This document shows positions 9,197-19,191 of a DNA stretch of 64,000 bases, piece after piece (positions within the stretch are counted from its first letter, which is position 1; every line of letters starts with the position of its first letter). The notes beneath the pieces were generated by a model. The model worked only from the letters and a program-made list of their open reading frames with translations. It did no database searches and had not been told where the DNA came from. A program made the translations under genes and the position numbers. The DNA lies in the IMG/VR virus record IMGVR_UViG_2884152688_000003, positions 32,001-96,000 of that record; one strand, written 5' to 3'. Origin of the DNA: a virus. Lineage: Duplodnaviria; Caudoviricetes.

Positions 9197-9323
9197 AATT
9201 TTCCACCAAGTGAATTTAAATGTATCTATGATATTTAGACGCCCTCCTTTCATCATACGTTTTTATTCTTAGTCTATTACAAAGGGTATCGTAGATATGT
9301 TTAAGTTCACTTATGGTGAATTT
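9197..9323 (+). ncRNA. Long hairpin RNA with anti-Shine-Dalgarno loop
   Basis: CACCAAGTGAATTTAAATGTATCTATGATATT pairs with GGTATCGTAGATATGTTTAAGTTCACTTATGGTG using several G-U pairs. The loop contains CCCTCCTTTC. Confidence 0.5.
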
Positions 9324-9379
9324 ATAATTAAATTTATTTTGCATATTATTTAACTGTTTGTTATAGGATGCATAAATGA

Positions 9380-9436
9380 AGATGGTAATGTTTAATTAAT
9401 TATTAAACAAGTAGGTTCAATTCCTACACTTCATCT
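9380..9436 (+). pseudogene. tRNA-like remnant
   Basis: Canonical T arm GTAGG-TTCAATT-CCTAC, 7-bp stem TGTTTAA/TTAAACA with 7-nt loop, AGATG/CATCT closing helix, no proper D arm. Confidence 0.4.
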
Positions 9437-9482
9437 GTTCCAGCTTGGAACAAAGTTGTAAAAAAATACACAAAATTTTATG

Positions 9483-10060
9483 AGATTTTCTAGTGTCATT
9501 AAGGTACACAATTAAACCTTGCAATCTTCACGTTGTCAAGGAAATTACGACCCACTACGTCTGGGTACTAATGAATGTAGAGTCGTAAGACTCATCTAAG
9601 CCTTGCAGGTTTGACGACTGTCAAGGATATCATAATCCATTCTAGCCTCTTTATAGTGATGGATAAATGCTCATTAAGAATGGACTTTTGAGAGATGCGG
9701 TTAAGCTTCCTTGTTAATGTGACAAAAGCTAAAATTTACCGTACGAACACCACTACAACTTTGGTATTCATCACATTAAGGTTGTAGTTAAAAGACTGGC
9801 TAAATGTCTATAAAGAATAGCTGACACCTTGGGACTGATGGTATTCCAATTAAGCGTAATCTAAGTACGCCAGTGAGGTGGCTAGTAAATCTAGTTCTTC
9901 CCAAAAAAACAACGTGTTCGGGTATACTAGTTGTGAAACACCGAGGCACACTAACAGCAAAACCTTAGCAAGTACGCTCCCCAACATCAGGGTTCAGCCA
10001 AAAGCTAGGGTCACGAGACTAACTTTAGTCCTTACGTGGGGCTAAAGAAATATAAAAATC
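9483..10060 (+). ncRNA. Large structured ncRNA, ROOL-like
   Basis: ~580 nt with no long ORF, GC-richer than its flanks, many helices and GNRA loops, next to a tRNA in a Firmicutes phage, terminator after it. Motifs resemble ROOL as I recall it; not confirmed by a covariance model. Confidence 0.7.
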
Positions 10061-10061
10061 C

Positions 10062-10091
10062 TAGACATGATTTTAAACTGTCTATTTTTTT
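10062..10091 (+). terminator. Intrinsic terminator
   Basis: TAGACA...TGTCTA followed by T7. Confidence 0.6.
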
Positions 10092-10112
10092 GTGGAGAAA
10101 ATGGGAGAAATT

Positions 10113-11279
10113 ATGGAGAAGAAAGAAAAAATTGACTTAATGTTGGGTAGACTCAACAGAGAAAATGATTATCCCTGGGAAGAGATATCTAAAATGGTTG
10201 GGTTGAATTTTTCAGGGGATCATGTTAGAAAAATGAGTTATGGCATGAAAATGCTAGACGACTATAACAAAGAAAATAGTTCAGAAAGATATAGTGGTCA
10301 AGATTTAAAAGAGATAAAAGAGAAAATCTTAGAATTAAAAAGAACTAGACAACAACTATCCGATGAAAGAACCTTTACCAATAAAAAGATAAGAGGTCTT
10401 GCAAGAATAGAGGACTTTATAAATTTACTAAGAGATGAATTAGAGCTTCTTGCGTATGAAAAACCAATGATAGTTAAATCTGAAGATTTAAACTCATTAG
10501 GGTTCAGTTGTCAAGATAATGTAGGGATACTATTATTGTCAGATATTCATTATGGCATAGAGAGTGACAATATAGCAAATAAGTACAACACTGAAATCGC
10601 AATAGAAAGAATGAATTCTTTAATAAATGATACTATAAAATATTCAAATCTACATGGTATTGACGAGATATATGTTTTTGAACTAGGGGATAGCATTTCA
10701 GGACATATACATAACAATTTAAGATTAGAGAATAGAATAGATGTAGCTCAACAAATAATAGGTATATCAGAATTGTTATCAAGTGCTATGTTTGAACTAT
10801 CTAAGAGTATCAAGAAAGTCAACTTCTGTATGGTTGAAGGAAATCATGATAGAATTTTGCCTAAGAAGGATGATAATTTAAATAAAGACAGTTTTGCAGT
10901 GTTGGTGCAAGAACTTATCAAACAAAGAACTAAAAATATAGAAAACTTCAATTTTATTGACAGTATTGGGAAAACGTTTTCTAAAGTTGAGATAAAAAAC
11001 AAAACGTGTTTTGCAGTTCATGGAGACAAAGATAGTTCAAAATCAGTCGAGGGGTTACAAGCAATATCTGGTATCAAGCCAGATTATGTATTTATGGGGC
11101 ATTTTCATAATGCTAATGAATACACAATTAATCAATCGGAAATAATAGTAAATGGTGCGTTTAGTGGCGTTGATGAATATGCTTACAATATAAGAAAAAA
11201 TTCACCACCTATTCAAAAGTTCATTATTATGAATGAGAATGGAAGATTATGTACGTATAATTTCAATTTAAGCAATTAG
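10113..11279 (+). CDS. Calcineurin-like metallophosphoesterase with N-terminal coiled coil
   Basis: Motifs LSDIHYG, LGD, GNHD, HGD, GHFH. Confidence 0.85.
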   Translation: MEKKEKIDLMLGRLNRENDYPWEEISKMVGLNFSGDHVRKMSYGMKMLDDYNKENSSERYSGQDLKEIKEKILELKRTRQQLSDERTFTNKKIRGLARIEDFINLLRDELELLAYEKPMIVKSEDLNSLGFSCQDNVGILLLSDIHYGIESDNIANKYNTEIAIERMNSLINDTIKYSNLHGIDEIYVFELGDSISGHIHNNLRLENRIDVAQQIIGISELLSSAMFELSKSIKKVNFCMVEGNHDRILPKKDDNLNKDSFAVLVQELIKQRTKNIENFNFIDSIGKTFSKVEIKNKTCFAVHGDKDSSKSVEGLQAISGIKPDYVFMGHFHNANEYTINQSEIIVNGAFSGVDEYAYNIRKNSPPIQKFIIMNENGRLCTYNFNLSN

Positions 11280-11422
11280 GGATTCGTCCCTTTTTGAAAA
11301 AAGGGCATTATATTTTATAGTGTCTTTTTTTCAGTTACTTAGGTAACTGGCATAATTTCCTCCATTCTCCTTATGATGTTGGGTGGTTAACGCCACCCGG
11401 TGTCATATTTTAGAAAGGAAAA

Positions 11423-12298
11423 ATGGAGATGGAAGTAAATAAGAAAATAAAAAACTTAGGAACGGTTATAAAGTGCCACTCTTGTGGTAGTGGAAAAATT
11501 GTTTCTGAATACTACAAAACAAACAATAAATTCAATGCAGATGAAGGCTATCTTCCTATATGTAAAAAATGTTTATCAACTATGTTTTCAAAATTGATAA
11601 AGTTATATGAAAAAGATATTAGGAAGGCCTTTATGCATTTATGCATGATGATGGACTTTGAAATTAATCAAGATGCATTTGATAAAAATATAGATAAAGA
11701 AAATCCAGAAATTAGTATATTAGCGTACTTTGATCATATAACAAGAACAGCAGGAAGAAGAAAAATAACCTCTATGAATGAGGAAAGTATACATAGTATT
11801 ATTGAACTTTCTAAGGGTCTAAAATTAGAAAATAATGATTATGAAATGATTATAGAAAGCTTTGAAGTCACCCCTGAAATGTATAAATTATGGGGAAAAT
11901 CATACACTAAAGAAGAAATATATTTCTTAGAAGAGCAATTTGAAGAAATAAAAGAAACTCACTCTGGAAAAACGCCAATGGAATTTAACTGGTATAGAGA
12001 TTATGCAGTCATGGAATTAAATAAAAGAAAAGCTCAAGACGCTGGAGAGCATAAGGAATACATGGCATATAATAAAGCACAATCAAGTTTGATGAAAGAG
12101 GCGGGATTAAATCCTTCTAAGAATGATATGGCAGAGAGCGATTCAGCTTTAGCAGGAATGATGGCAAAGGCACTAGAAAATGAGGCTCCTATAGGTGAGG
12201 TATCGGAAGATTTTAATGATGTAGATAAAATAGAAGAATATATGAATACTCTTTATTGTCCACCTCTAGCAAGATCCATAGGTGGTGTTTTAAAATAA
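11423..12298 (+). CDS. Probable terminase small subunit (Zn-finger N-terminus)
   Basis: CHSC...CKKC motifs, immediately upstream of the large terminase as in SPbeta-like phages. Confidence 0.6.
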   Translation: MEMEVNKKIKNLGTVIKCHSCGSGKIVSEYYKTNNKFNADEGYLPICKKCLSTMFSKLIKLYEKDIRKAFMHLCMMMDFEINQDAFDKNIDKENPEISILAYFDHITRTAGRRKITSMNEESIHSIIELSKGLKLENNDYEMIIESFEVTPEMYKLWGKSYTKEEIYFLEEQFEEIKETHSGKTPMEFNWYRDYAVMELNKRKAQDAGEHKEYMAYNKAQSSLMKEAGLNPSKNDMAESDSALAGMMAKALENEAPIGEVSEDFNDVDKIEEYMNTLYCPPLARSIGGVLK

Positions 12299-14034
12299 CG
12301 GAATTCAAATTATTTACTAAAACAAAAAAAAGAGAAAATGTGCCAAAGAATCCTATAGAGGCATATAAGAAGTCCATGAAAGAATGGATTCAGTTTTGGA
12401 GAGCTAACCCACATAGGTTTGCACAAGACTATTTACAGTTGAGGTTAAAACCATTTCAACAAGTAATGTTATATATGTTTAATAAGAATAAAACTAATAT
12501 TTTAATAGCAACTAGAGGTATTGGGAAGTCATTTATGACAGCAGTTTACGCCTGTTGCATGGCTATACTTTATCCAAACTCAAAAATAGTAGTAGTTTGC
12601 AAGACTACATACCAATCAAAACTATTTATCAGTCAGAAGATAGAAAATGAGTTATATCAAATGTCTGTAATGCTAAGAAGAGAAATAAAAGAAATAAGAT
12701 CTGAAAGTGAACAAAAAGTTGTTCATTTTAAAAACGGGTCTACTATAACAGCAGTCAACGCAGCCGAAAACAGGAGAGGTCTAAGAGCCACAATTTTAAT
12801 AGTGGATGAGGCAGTAAAAATTGAACAAAGTATATTGGAATCTGTTTGTCTTCCATTTTTAAATGGGGCTGTAAGACAAAGAGGGTATAAGAAAAAGCCT
12901 GAGTATGCTAGTTATGTAGAAAAAGAGAATCAGACTATATATCTAACATCAGCATGGTTTAAGAATCATTATTTTTACAAAGAATATTACCTTAGAAGTA
13001 TAAAAGAGATGCTTAATAAAGAAAGTTCCTTTGTGTTATGCTTTGACGAAAAAATGCCTCTAATGGAAAACTTAACAACAGAATCCGAAATAGCAGATTT
13101 AAAGAAAAAACTTAATCCAATGCGATATGACATGGAAATGAGATCTATATTCTGGGGCGAAGATATAGATGCATTTTTTAAGGTTGATTTATTTAATAAA
13201 TGTAGGACTGGAGTAGATGTATATTATCCACCAAGCAATCTTGATTATGTAAGCGATGCTAGAAGTAAATATGAGATAGCCAAAAAAGATGGTGAGGCTA
13301 GAGTGCTGTCAGCCGATATAGCGGTAGCGGCAGGAAGAAAAAATGATAACTCTATATATTCTTTAATGAGAGTATTACCGATATCAGGAAGTGGATTTAG
13401 AACGCATTTAGCACATATGGAGTCACATAATGGATTAAAGCCTGAAAAACAAGCACTTCAAATTAAGAGGCTTTTTTATGATTTTAAATGTGACAGAGCT
13501 GTAATAGATGCTCATGGTGTAGGAATTTCTGTTTACAACGAACTAAAGAAAGAAACCTACGATCCCGAGAGAAATGAAAGATACCCTGAATGGGGTGCTT
13601 ACAATGAAGATAGTATGGTTCCTGGAACAGTGGTTAATGATGTCCACTATGTTTTATATGCTATGAAAGCCAGTGCAGATTCAAACCATGAAATGGCTAT
13701 GCATCTAAATGGTGATATCATGAGTGAAAAAATTGTTTTTCCTATGAGTGAGACAGAGGCGGAAGAAATATTGCAAGAGAGATATGGATATTCTTCTTTA
13801 ATCGGTTCAATGCAAGCAAAATTATTAGAACCATTCATTCAAACAACATTATTAATGGGGGAAATGGTAAACCTAAAAGGCGAATGGCCTAATGGAAAAA
13901 TAAAATTAAAAGAAAAGGCTGGAGCAAGAAAAGATAGATACTCAAGTTTGGCTTATGGTAATTTCATATGCCATCAGATAATAGAAGAAAGAACAAAGAA
14001 AGTTACGAAGAGCAAATTTATGTTCTTCACATAA
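12295..14034 (+). CDS. terL: Terminase large subunit
   Basis: Walker A (ATRGIGKS), Walker B (ILIVDEA), nuclease motifs (SADIA, KDRYSS). Start placed at ATA 12295 behind AGGTGG. Confidence 0.92.
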   Translation: MTEFKLFTKTKKRENVPKNPIEAYKKSMKEWIQFWRANPHRFAQDYLQLRLKPFQQVMLYMFNKNKTNILIATRGIGKSFMTAVYACCMAILYPNSKIVVVCKTTYQSKLFISQKIENELYQMSVMLRREIKEIRSESEQKVVHFKNGSTITAVNAAENRRGLRATILIVDEAVKIEQSILESVCLPFLNGAVRQRGYKKKPEYASYVEKENQTIYLTSAWFKNHYFYKEYYLRSIKEMLNKESSFVLCFDEKMPLMENLTTESEIADLKKKLNPMRYDMEMRSIFWGEDIDAFFKVDLFNKCRTGVDVYYPPSNLDYVSDARSKYEIAKKDGEARVLSADIAVAAGRKNDNSIYSLMRVLPISGSGFRTHLAHMESHNGLKPEKQALQIKRLFYDFKCDRAVIDAHGVGISVYNELKKETYDPERNERYPEWGAYNEDSMVPGTVVNDVHYVLYAMKASADSNHEMAMHLNGDIMSEKIVFPMSETEAEEILQERYGYSSLIGSMQAKLLEPFIQTTLLMGEMVNLKGEWPNGKIKLKEKAGARKDRYSSLAYGNFICHQIIEERTKKVTKSKFMFFT

Positions 14035-14052
14035 AATATATAGAGAAAAGAG

Positions 14053-15525
14053 GTGAGAGTAATAGAAAATGAAAAAGTAAACACAGTTGAGACCATCACA
14101 AAGGAAGAGCGTGAAAAAAGAGAACAAAGCACAAAAATGTTCGCATCTAGAGCGGGACGTGACTCAAGGGGAATATCTTCTATAGAAGAAGTCTATAAGA
14201 AAATTTATTCAAATTCCACGATAACACCTGATATGTTGCAAAACTATTTAAGAAATCCTATAGCTAACACCTCTGGATTGCAAGATGTTTCTCAGAAAAT
14301 GTTACTATCCAATGGTATTCTAAAAGAGTTTATAAATTATAAAGCTACGATTCTCACTCAAGATCATTATATTTATGCATCCGACTCTTTTCGATATAAG
14401 GATAAAGATTCAATTTTAAAAGATGAATTAAAAGTGGCTCTTCATCTAGAAAAATTCCATGTAAAAACACTTATTAGATGGATAACCGAGAGACTTTTAA
14501 TAAATGGTGAAGTATATATTTATAAAAGAGAACTAAAAGATGGAATATTAATGCAAGAAATTCCACAAAAGTTCTGCAAGATTGTACAACTCGATGAGTT
14601 TGGTGTATTTAGGTATGGCATTGACTTGGGGAAAATAGATGATAAAGATATAGAATTTTATCCGGATGAAATTCAAAAAGCTAAAAAGTTGAAAAACAAA
14701 ACCAATAAAAAGAAATTTAAAGGTAACTATTATATTGTAGGTGAAAACGGAATAGCTTTTCAAATGAACCAATGGGATTCCAAAGGTTTACCATATTATA
14801 TGCATTTGTTCCCAGCTTTGATGAATTTATCGGAATCTGAAAATATAGATAATCTTAGTAATGAGTTGGATAACTACAAACTTTTACATCAGAAAATAGA
14901 CACTGATAAAGATGGAAACATACTAGTTGAATCAGACACAGCGGAAATGTATCATGAGGCATTAAAGCAGAAAGCACCAGATGGGGTAGGGGCGATAACA
15001 ACTCCATACACCATTAAACCAATAACGCTTGGTGATGGCAAATTAAAAAATTATGAACACACAAATAAGATTAAAGAAAGTATATATGACAACGCTGGTA
15101 TCGCCAACGATTTATTTAATGGAAATTCAAAAACGAATGAAGCTACAATACTTAGTGCTATTATAGATACCTTAATTCCACTAAAGATCCAATCACTGGT
15201 AGAAACCTATTTAAACTATGAACTGAAATTAAAGTTTAAAAGGGGTGGATGGAAAGTACAATTTGTCTCAACAACTCATTATAATAGGTCAAAGATGATG
15301 CAAGAAGAAAGAGAAAATTCGGCAGTATATACTTCTAAAAAAAGATATTTAGCTATACAAGGACACACACCTTTACAAGCTTTAAATATATTATATTCTG
15401 AAAACTTAATGGGATTAGAAGAATGGATGAAACCAATGCAGACAGCCCATACATTAAGTGGTAAGGGTAGACCAACTAATTCGGAAAACCCAAATTCTGA
15501 CAGCGTTGGTGAACAAGGAGATTAG
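14053..15525 (+). CDS. Portal protein
   Basis: ~490 aa directly after terL. Start may be ATA 14062. Confidence 0.75.
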   Translation: MRVIENEKVNTVETITKEEREKREQSTKMFASRAGRDSRGISSIEEVYKKIYSNSTITPDMLQNYLRNPIANTSGLQDVSQKMLLSNGILKEFINYKATILTQDHYIYASDSFRYKDKDSILKDELKVALHLEKFHVKTLIRWITERLLINGEVYIYKRELKDGILMQEIPQKFCKIVQLDEFGVFRYGIDLGKIDDKDIEFYPDEIQKAKKLKNKTNKKKFKGNYYIVGENGIAFQMNQWDSKGLPYYMHLFPALMNLSESENIDNLSNELDNYKLLHQKIDTDKDGNILVESDTAEMYHEALKQKAPDGVGAITTPYTIKPITLGDGKLKNYEHTNKIKESIYDNAGIANDLFNGNSKTNEATILSAIIDTLIPLKIQSLVETYLNYELKLKFKRGGWKVQFVSTTHYNRSKMMQEERENSAVYTSKKRYLAIQGHTPLQALNILYSENLMGLEEWMKPMQTAHTLSGKGRPTNSENPNSDSVGEQGD

Positions 15526-15536
15526 GGGTGATAAAA

Positions 15537-15749
15537 ATGAGTAAAGAAAATATCCCAGACCTTAGAGATTATTATTTGTACATTATTTCAGAAGTTAAAA
15601 TTTTGGAACAAATGGGTTATAAATTGATATGTGAATACCCTCAATCAAATGGGAAAACATATTATGCATTTCACAACAATGGTAGTCATAGCAAGGTGTT
15701 GGATGAAATGAAAGAGAAGTTTTATTACACAAATGAGCTATTCTTATAG
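15537..15749 (+). CDS. Hypothetical protein
   Basis: Short ORF with GGGGTG RBS, followed by a terminator-like hairpin. Confidence 0.65.
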   Translation: MSKENIPDLRDYYLYIISEVKILEQMGYKLICEYPQSNGKTYYAFHNNGSHSKVLDEMKEKFYYTNELFL

Positions 15750-15812
15750 GCTAACGCCTATTTTTTTTATATTCAAAAACAAAGACAAAATACAAAAGTA
15801 GGAGGTGATACC

Positions 15813-17072
15813 TTGAAGAATAAAAAATTATTTATGCAATGTGACCTTTCCGAGGGGAAGAGTGAAGTAGTAAATGGAAATCTTGTCCCGGTTAAGATTG
15901 CACTAATGCATGATAATGTCAATAAGCATGATTTAAATATAGACCTTGAAGTTATAAAATCAGCTTCAGAATCTATTAAAAATAAACCAATTCTAGCTTA
16001 TATAAGACAGAAGGAAGACGGATCGTATGATTTCGCCGGACATGAATTTAAGCTTCAAGAAGATTATTACAGTGGGGAAATTAAAAGAGAATTTTTTGAA
16101 CACCCTATTGGGTTAATACCAGAGTCAACGGAAATTGACTATGTTGAACATGATGGAAAAACATATATGACTTGCACAGGTTATATATATGAAGGGTATT
16201 CTAATCAAGCGTTAGATATCATTAAAGAAACTGGATCAAAATGTGTGAGTGTTGAAATTGAACATTCAGCGGAAAAACCAAATTCTGAATACTCAGGGGT
16301 TTCAGATATAGAAGCATTTACTTTTTTAGGAGTGACTATACTTTCTGATGAAATTGAACCTGGTATGGATGATAACTGTAGAATATCTTTTTCAAAAGAT
16401 TCAAGCAAATTTGAAAGCTTTATAGCAAATGCAAATAAAGAACTTAGCGAGTTTGAATTGAAAAAGAAAAAAGAGGATGAACATTCCGAAGATGAGGGTG
16501 AGAATGACGATTCTAAAAACGACCCAGATACAACAAATGAACCTGAAGATGAAAATGAGTCTAAGGGTGAAGATGCTGAGCCGGAAGAAGATTTTGCTTG
16601 TAAAAAGAAGAAGAAAAAGACTTATACAAAAGAAGATGTTATGGCTTTAAATGAAGCCTTGTTTACTTGCTATTCTACAGAGATGGATACAAGTATCGAG
16701 ACAATCGAAGATTTAAAGGAAAAAATATTAAATTCTTTCTCTTCTTTGATTAATGAAAACAAAGAACTTTCTGAATACAAAAAGGAAAATGAAAATAAGA
16801 AAAATGCAGAAGCTGTAGGAAACTTGGTTTCAGAATTCCCACTTTCAGAAGACGAAACATCAAGCTTGAAAGAAAAGGCCTTAAATGGTGAGTTAAGTTT
16901 AGAGGACTTAGAGAAAGAACTATATGTTCTTGTAGGAAAGAAAAACTTAAAGAAAAACAGTGAAAAAGAATTTAGTGCAAATGGGATAATGATGCACGAT
17001 TTCAATGAGCCAGAAGAAGAAAATGAAGTCGCACAATATGGGCCTTCATTAAGAAAATATTTAGGATTTTAG
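15813..17072 (+). CDS. Prohead protease/scaffold protein
   Basis: Protease-like N-terminus (HEF, VSVEI, FLGVTIL) followed by an acidic linker and coiled coil. Lies between portal and capsid genes. Confidence 0.7.
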   Translation: MKNKKLFMQCDLSEGKSEVVNGNLVPVKIALMHDNVNKHDLNIDLEVIKSASESIKNKPILAYIRQKEDGSYDFAGHEFKLQEDYYSGEIKREFFEHPIGLIPESTEIDYVEHDGKTYMTCTGYIYEGYSNQALDIIKETGSKCVSVEIEHSAEKPNSEYSGVSDIEAFTFLGVTILSDEIEPGMDDNCRISFSKDSSKFESFIANANKELSEFELKKKKEDEHSEDEGENDDSKNDPDTTNEPEDENESKGEDAEPEEDFACKKKKKKTYTKEDVMALNEALFTCYSTEMDTSIETIEDLKEKILNSFSSLINENKELSEYKKENENKKNAEAVGNLVSEFPLSEDETSSLKEKALNGELSLEDLEKELYVLVGKKNLKKNSEKEFSANGIMMHDFNEPEEENEVAQYGPSLRKYLGF

Positions 17073-17086
17073 GAGGATTTAAAAAT

Positions 17087-17566
17087 ATGGCATTAATAAA
17101 TGTAAATAGAGACACAAATGATAGACCTATTTCGGTCGAATTAAAGGATATAGCGAATAAAGAATGTGTGAATGGACAGTTTATATCAATATCACACCCA
17201 ACTGATGAGGCAAATCAAGAATTATTTGAAGGTGTAAAGCTGGATGCGTCTTTACCAGTAGGTATAATTGATGAACCTTTTCATCCATATGAAAAGTCTG
17301 AACAATATAATGATATGGCTTTTCCTGTTGGGGCAAGAGTTAGAGTGCGTTATATCGAACCAGGTTTAGAAATGACAGTTTCTAAAGCAGACTCAATAAA
17401 AGGGCAAATCGCATTAGGGGATTTTGTAACAATAGTACCAGGGGATCACAAACTTACAAAAGTTGCAGCTCCAAAAGAAGGCGAAACAGCAGGTGTTGCT
17501 GTGGGAAGAATAACGAGAGTCTATAAATTTAATAGACAAGATTCAGTAAAAATAGAATTTTTATAA
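17087..17566 (+). CDS. Probable head decoration protein
   Basis: 159-aa beta-rich ORF just before the capsid gene. Confidence 0.55.
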   Translation: MALINVNRDTNDRPISVELKDIANKECVNGQFISISHPTDEANQELFEGVKLDASLPVGIIDEPFHPYEKSEQYNDMAFPVGARVRVRYIEPGLEMTVSKADSIKGQIALGDFVTIVPGDHKLTKVAAPKEGETAGVAVGRITRVYKFNRQDSVKIEFL

Positions 17567-17588
17567 AATAGAGGAGAGTGGTATATAA

Positions 17589-18569
17589 ATGAGTAATGAA
17601 ATTACAGCTTTAGCGTTAGAAATATATGAAGGGAAGAAGACATATTTTACAAATGCTAAAAAAGAAAAAGTTGATGCGAATGAAACATTAAGAGGAATGA
17701 TAATGGAACAATGTGGTGGAAAGTGGAACCACAGAAGTTTTGATTTAGTTAAGCATACATTTTTTGATTTAATAGAAGAGATAGTAACGGTAAGAGGTTC
17801 TGAACTAACTAGAGATCTTTTTTCAAATATAATGACGTTCAAAGATGTTTCTCCAGGACAAAAACCTCAGTTTAGAGTTACTAATCCAGATCTATTTGAG
17901 GTTTCAGTCGTAGCAAATGGAACTATGAACTTCAATAGACAGAGACTATTCGATAGTGTAGTTAATACTACAGCTTTTGACCTAGGGGTAGCAATATATG
18001 ACGATTGGGATTCTTTCATGTTAGGGTTAATAGATTTTAATGAAGCTGTAGACAAAGTAATTAAATCGTTTAATCATAAGATTGCTGAGTTGATAGGGAA
18101 AACGTTTACAGAAGCTTATAACACTTTAAAGAACGGACAGTTCCATGAGGTAGGTCAGTTAGATGAGACAAAACTATTAGAACTTGTTGAAAAGGTTGGT
18201 AACGGTGCTGTAATTTATGGTTCTAAGTTAGCTCTATCAAAAATACCAGGGATACAAGGTTTTGTGACTGATGCAACTGATATCAGAAATGGTGGATACT
18301 TGAGAATGTTCAAGGGTGTAAAGTGTGTTGAACTTGAAAATAGTTATAACAAGGAAAAGGAAAAGTTCGTAATCCCAGATAACATACTATACATAATACC
18401 AGAAGGTGAACATGTGTTATATGGTGGTTTTGAAGGAGACGCATTTGTTTATGATAGAACAAATATAACGGAAAGAATGGATAAGCAGCTAGAATTCTTC
18501 TATACTAGAAGATTCCATCTAGGAGTAGCAGTGGCGAATAGATTTGGTGGTTACGAGATAACAGCTTAA
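17589..18569 (+). CDS. Major capsid protein
   Basis: 326 aa, synteny, downstream terminator hairpin at ~18576-18604. Confidence 0.75.
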   Translation: MSNEITALALEIYEGKKTYFTNAKKEKVDANETLRGMIMEQCGGKWNHRSFDLVKHTFFDLIEEIVTVRGSELTRDLFSNIMTFKDVSPGQKPQFRVTNPDLFEVSVVANGTMNFNRQRLFDSVVNTTAFDLGVAIYDDWDSFMLGLIDFNEAVDKVIKSFNHKIAELIGKTFTEAYNTLKNGQFHEVGQLDETKLLELVEKVGNGAVIYGSKLALSKIPGIQGFVTDATDIRNGGYLRMFKGVKCVELENSYNKEKEKFVIPDNILYIIPEGEHVLYGGFEGDAFVYDRTNITERMDKQLEFFYTRRFHLGVAVANRFGGYEITA

Positions 18570-18623
18570 ACATAGAGGGCACAGATATCTGTGTCCTTTT
18601 TTTTAAACACAAATGGAGGTAAT

Positions 18624-19181
18624 ATGGGAAAGATAATCAGAAAAAACAAAGGTAATAATAATTTAAACGAAATGCAGATCAAACTAAAGTCAACACTAAG
18701 AGAGAGTCAAGATGAAATAAGTGTGGACTTAGTAAATCTAGGTGTAGGGGGAGTTTATTTTAAATGTCCTCTTACGAAAGAAGTATTTATGTGGAATGAA
18801 GGTGGAGATGTAAGAAATGTTCCTTTGAGGATAATATTTTCTATACAGAGTAATGCTAAGTCATTATTAGAAGATCTTCACTTAGGGATAATTGAAGCTT
18901 ACGGTATAGGTTTTGAACTTGAAGATCTTATCTGTGCAATAGGATTAAAAGAATCTTATGAACCATTTAATTTTGACGTAGGAAGTATAGATGACATAAT
19001 AATTGATTCTAATCAAGACGACTTTAGGAAGTTATGCGAAAAGTGTAGCAAAAAAATACTAGAAAGAATTGCAAAGAGATATTTATTTTTAAGAGAAGAA
19101 AATTTAATCAATGAGAGGTCAAAGGAGTTAGACTTAGAGCATTTTTTAGATGAGAGAAATATATTTATTGAGACTATATAA
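18624..19181 (+). CDS. Conserved morphogenesis-region protein
   Basis: GGAGG RBS before ATG 18624, directly after the capsid gene. Confidence 0.6.
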   Translation: MGKIIRKNKGNNNLNEMQIKLKSTLRESQDEISVDLVNLGVGGVYFKCPLTKEVFMWNEGGDVRNVPLRIIFSIQSNAKSLLEDLHLGIIEAYGIGFELEDLICAIGLKESYEPFNFDVGSIDDIIIDSNQDDFRKLCEKCSKKILERIAKRYLFLREENLINERSKELDLEHFLDERNIFIETI

Positions 19182-19191
19182 GAGGTATTAG

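Noticed and set aside
12256-12294. TTG 12256 as the terminase start
   Set aside because: It lies inside the upstream gene with no RBS. ATA 12295 has an RBS and stop-start overlap.
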